Assembly: GCF_004376175.1 (NCBI RefSeq)
Contig: NZ_SNUY01000025.1
Coordinates: forward strand, 16,233 to 48,232
Direction: 5' to 3'
Length of the DNA stretch: 32,000 bases
DNA from: Halalkalibacterium halodurans
GTDB lineage: Bacteria > Bacillota > Bacilli > Bacillales > Bacillaceae_D
Made by a program: the position numbers and the translations under genes. A model generated the notes under the pieces. It saw only the letters and a program-made list of their open reading frames with translations. It made no database searches and was not told the DNA's origin. Positions 29,731 to 32,000 of this stretch are shown here, piece after piece (position 1 is the stretch's first letter; the number at the start of each line of letters is the position of its first letter).

Positions 29731-31443
29731 ATGTCTTTTGACGGTCTTATGACACGAGCCATCGTCCACGAATTACAGGAGACGATCGGCACAGGAAGAA
29801 TATTAAAGATCTATCAGCCGTTTAAAACGGAGCTTTTACTAACGATTCGGGCTCAAGGAGCGAACCATCAACTGCTACTCTCTGCCAATGCCAACTTCGC
29901 CCGAGTTCACTTTACGAAGGAGAAATATGCGAATCCTGCAACACCACCGATGTTTTGCATGCTTTTACGCAAGCATTTAGAAGGAGCCGTCATTGAGGAG
30001 ATTAAACAAATCGACCTTGATCGGATCATTGAAATCACGGTCAAAACGCGAGACGAAATTGGCGATACGAGCTACAAGACGCTCGTCATTGAAATCATGG
30101 GGCGCCACAGCAACATGATCCTCGTCGATCCGAAAACGAATGTGATTCTTGACAGCATTAAACATGTAAGCCTCGCGCAAAGCAGCGTCCGTCCTGTTCT
30201 CCCAGGTCAACACTATACGAGACCGCCGGCCCAAGGGAAAGCAAACCCGCTGACAGCGACAAAAGAAGACATTTTGAAGAAGCTAGACTGGAATGAAGGT
30301 AAGCTCGATCGCCAGCTTGTCCGCGCGTTTTCTGGCCTTTCCCCTATCGTAGCTAAAGAGATCGTCTTTCGTGCGGGTATGGCGAACCGCGACTCGCTCC
30401 CTGCTGCATTTACGACCTTCATGCAAGATGTGGCGGCGCACCGCTATGAACCAACGTTTATACAAGGGGAAGAAAAGGAACAGTTTTCGTTTCTCCCGCT
30501 CACCCATATGAAAGGCGAACGAAAAACCTTTGCTTCATGTAGCGCCCTTTTAGATCGATTTTATTTTCAGAAGGCAGATCGAGACAGGGTGAAGCAGCAA
30601 GCCCACGACCTTGAGCGGTTTTTACGGAACGAGCGGGACAAAAACGTAAATAAGATTAAAAAGCTCGAGAAAACGTTGGATGATGCAGAAAAAGCGAAGC
30701 AGTATCAAAAGTTTGGTGAGCTAGTCACGGCCAACTTACACCTCGTCAAACGTGGGGATGCGTCGGTTGACGTATTGGATTATTATGAGGAGGACGCCCC
30801 GACCATCACCATCCCTCTCGATCCACAAAAGCAGCCGTCTGAAAACGCCCAAGCGTATTTTCGCAAATATACGAAGGCAAAAAATTCAGTCGAGGTGACG
30901 AAGGAGCAAATTGAAAAAGCCAAAATCGAAATCGACTATTTTGAGCGCTTGATTCAACAGGTCGAAACGGCTTCTGCAAGAGATGTAGAAGACATACGGG
31001 AAGAGTTAATCGAAGAAGGCTATCTTCGCCGCAAACAAAAGGTGAGCAAAAAACGTAAGGAAACTACGCCGCAACCAGAGCAGTACGTTTCCTCAACCGG
31101 CATCCCGATCATTGTCGGAAAAAACAACAAACAAAACGAATACGTAACGAATCGACTCGGACGGCAAGATGAAATTTGGCTCCATACGAAAGACATCCCT
31201 GGGTCCCACGTCCTCATCCGTAGCACAGATCCGGATGAAGTAACGCTTCAGGAGGCAGCGAACTTAGCCGCTTACTTCAGCAAAGCACGGCAATCGAGCT
31301 CCGTCCCTGTTGACTATACGAAAATCCGTCACGTGAAAAAACCGAACGGGGCCAAACCAGGCTACGTCATTTATGAGAATCAAACGACCTTGTTCGTCAC
31401 CCCCGATGAAGAGAACGTCATTCAACTAAAGAAGCAATCATAA
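29731..31443 (+). CDS. rqcH: Ribosome quality control factor RqcH (YloA, NFACT/FbpA family)
   Basis: 570 aa with an NFACT-N domain (MSFDGLMTRAIVHEL...), a coiled-coil middle and an NFACT-R/DUF814 C-terminus (GKNNKQNE, PGSHV). It is divergent from yloB as in B. subtilis. GAGGTGA SD. Confidence 0.93.
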   Translation: MSFDGLMTRAIVHELQETIGTGRILKIYQPFKTELLLTIRAQGANHQLLLSANANFARVHFTKEKYANPATPPMFCMLLRKHLEGAVIEEIKQIDLDRIIEITVKTRDEIGDTSYKTLVIEIMGRHSNMILVDPKTNVILDSIKHVSLAQSSVRPVLPGQHYTRPPAQGKANPLTATKEDILKKLDWNEGKLDRQLVRAFSGLSPIVAKEIVFRAGMANRDSLPAAFTTFMQDVAAHRYEPTFIQGEEKEQFSFLPLTHMKGERKTFASCSALLDRFYFQKADRDRVKQQAHDLERFLRNERDKNVNKIKKLEKTLDDAEKAKQYQKFGELVTANLHLVKRGDASVDVLDYYEEDAPTITIPLDPQKQPSENAQAYFRKYTKAKNSVEVTKEQIEKAKIEIDYFERLIQQVETASARDVEDIREELIEEGYLRRKQKVSKKRKETTPQPEQYVSSTGIPIIVGKNNKQNEYVTNRLGRQDEIWLHTKDIPGSHVLIRSTDPDEVTLQEAANLAAYFSKARQSSSVPVDYTKIRHVKKPNGAKPGYVIYENQTTLFVTPDEENVIQLKKQS

Positions 31444-31478
31444 AAAAGTCTTCTTGTTCACTATAACGGGACAACATC

Positions 31479-31526
31479 TACCCGGATAACGGCCACTCAA
31501 AACAAGCCTTATTCGGGTATTTTTTG
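31479..31526 (+). terminator. Rho-independent terminator after rqcH
   Basis: TACCCGGA / TTCGGGTA outer stem (31479-31486 / 31512-31519), extended by ATAA-GGC / GCC-TTAT, followed by T7 (31520-31526). Confidence 0.75.
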
Positions 31527-31543
31527 GCGATTGAAGAGCAGGC

Positions 31544-31604
31544 AAAAAAACGCAGACCCCTTGACCCTTCCATTGACTGTGAACAACGAAAGGACAGGGC
31601 TGCG
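31544..31604 (-). terminator. Minus-strand rho-independent terminator (orphan, convergent with the rqcH terminator)
   Basis: On the minus strand: a long imperfect hairpin CGCAG-CCCT-TCCTTTC ... GGAAGGG-GGGG-CTGCG (31604-31551), followed by T7 (A-run 31544-31550 on the plus strand). There is no T-run on the plus-strand side. Confidence 0.55.
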
Positions 31605-31859
31605 TGGATGAAAATTATGGTGATATGCGTGCCCTTGAGGATACGGACAAGCGACATAATCATATAACGTCATCTTGCCCGTAAATCATCACTGCTTGAT
31701 TCACGAAATCGACTTTAACCACGGTACCAATCGGTAATCATTGTTCTCCCTTAGATGACGAGAGACTATACATTAACTTTTTCCCTCTAGTTTCTTTAAC
31801 AAATTTTCCTTTGTTTTCGGGTAGACTTTTCTTAAAATGAAAAGCATCCACAGTTCAAA

Positions 31860-31912
31860 GAGAAACAAAAATAAACCTGAATTATTCATACCTCGAACAT
31901 AAATCAGGGTTT
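31860..31912 (-). terminator. Candidate minus-strand terminator overlapping a stop codon
   Basis: Hairpin 31873-31912 of about 12 bp with one bulge and one mismatch, followed on the minus strand by ATTTTTGTTTCTCTT. The 5' arm contains the TGA (31906-31904) of an ORF that is open to the right edge. Confidence 0.4.
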
Positions 31913-32000
31913 TAGGCCAAAAACGATTAGATTCCCGATCCCTTTGAAAGAATCATGGTTATTTTCTTCTGAAAAGCATCTTTCTAGAATGAGGAGCGGA
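31904..32000 (-). CDS. Possible 3' end of an unidentified gene entering from the right edge (...PLLILERCFSEENNHDSFKGIGNLIVFGLKP*)
   Basis: The frame is open from the window edge for 31 codons and ends inside the candidate terminator hairpin. I recognise no homology, and 31 open codons could occur by chance. Confidence 0.3.
   Translation of the reverse strand, partial: PLLILERCFSEENNHDSFKGIGNLIVFGLKP

Noticed and set aside
31478-31663. 61-aa minus-strand ORF downstream of rqcH.
   Set aside because: It spans both the orphan minus-strand terminator and the rqcH terminator hairpins. It has no SD and no homology that I recognise.
31719-31734. Minus-strand CCGATTGGTACCGTGG, which resembles the conserved T-box sequence (GGGTGGTACCGCG).
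   Set aside because: There is no specifier-loop or Stem I features, no terminator within the expected 30-40 nt, and no downstream gene on that strand. The match probably centres on a chance GGTACC palindrome.
31773-31889. 38-aa hydrophobic mini-ORF (MNNSGLFLFLFELWMLFILRKVYPKTKENLLKKLEGKS) that resembles a type I toxin, with a TM helix plus a charged tail.
   Set aside because: The F/L-rich stretch is simply the translation of the T-rich tail of the candidate terminator at 31860-31912. The ATG lies in that hairpin's loop. The only SD-like element (GAGGT) abuts the start codon with no spacing, and I see no convergent antisense promoter/terminator pair. I mention it under the right-end finding but do not call it a gene.
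31838-31980. 11-nt direct repeat TGAAAAGCATC at 31838-31848 and 31970-31980. Also a plus-strand TTGTTT/TAAAAT promoter-like pair (31811-31838) and an AGGAG at 31992-31996, hinting at a plus-strand gene starting just beyond the window.
   Set aside because: Exact 11-mers are expected many times by chance in 32 kb. The plus-strand gene hypothesis conflicts with the minus-strand ORF-plus-terminator reading of the same bases, and it cannot be tested without sequence beyond 32000.

Overview
This window is conserved Bacillaceae core chromosome. It is collinear, in reverse orientation, with the Bacillus subtilis 168 region smc-rnc-acpA-fabG-fabD-plsX-fapR-recG-sdaAA-sdaAB-yloV-yloU / rpmB / spoVM-rpe-cpgA-prkC-prpC-yloN-yloM-fmt-priA-yloI-yloH-gmk-ylzA-yloC-yloB / yloA. 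Every long ORF has a recognisable housekeeping ortholog: fatty-acid and phospholipid synthesis, DNA repair and replication restart, serine dehydratase, the PrkC/PrpC signalling pair, RNA methyltransferases, CoA synthesis, RNAP omega, guanylate kinase, RemA, a Ca-ATPase and RqcH. Almost all genes lie on the minus strand. Many are tightly packed or have overlapping start and stop codons (sdaAA/recG, coaBC/priA, fmt/rsmB, prpC/prkC). I see no rRNA, tRNA, CRISPR array, transposase, integrase, phage gene or defence-like gene. I do not find convincing evidence for a novel multi-gene system, so I treat this as an ordinary core region. The points worth a second look are small. (1) spoVM is a 26-codon gene missing from the ORF track. 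(2) Three features differ from B. subtilis synteny: def is absent between priA and fmt, thiN is absent between rpe and spoVM leaving a 415-nt ORF-poor gap, and a small DUF1128-like gene sits antiparallel between rnc and smc. (3) The rpoZ-coaBC spacer is unusually long and structured, and it shares collinear sequence boxes with the spacer downstream of the DUF1128-like gene. (4) About 250 nt at the right end has no credible ORF and lies between two minus-strand terminators; it may be an sRNA or a decayed gene. Several ORF-track starts were trimmed to internal starts with good Shine-Dalgarno (SD) sequences. All homology statements come from my memory of B. subtilis proteins, not from a search.
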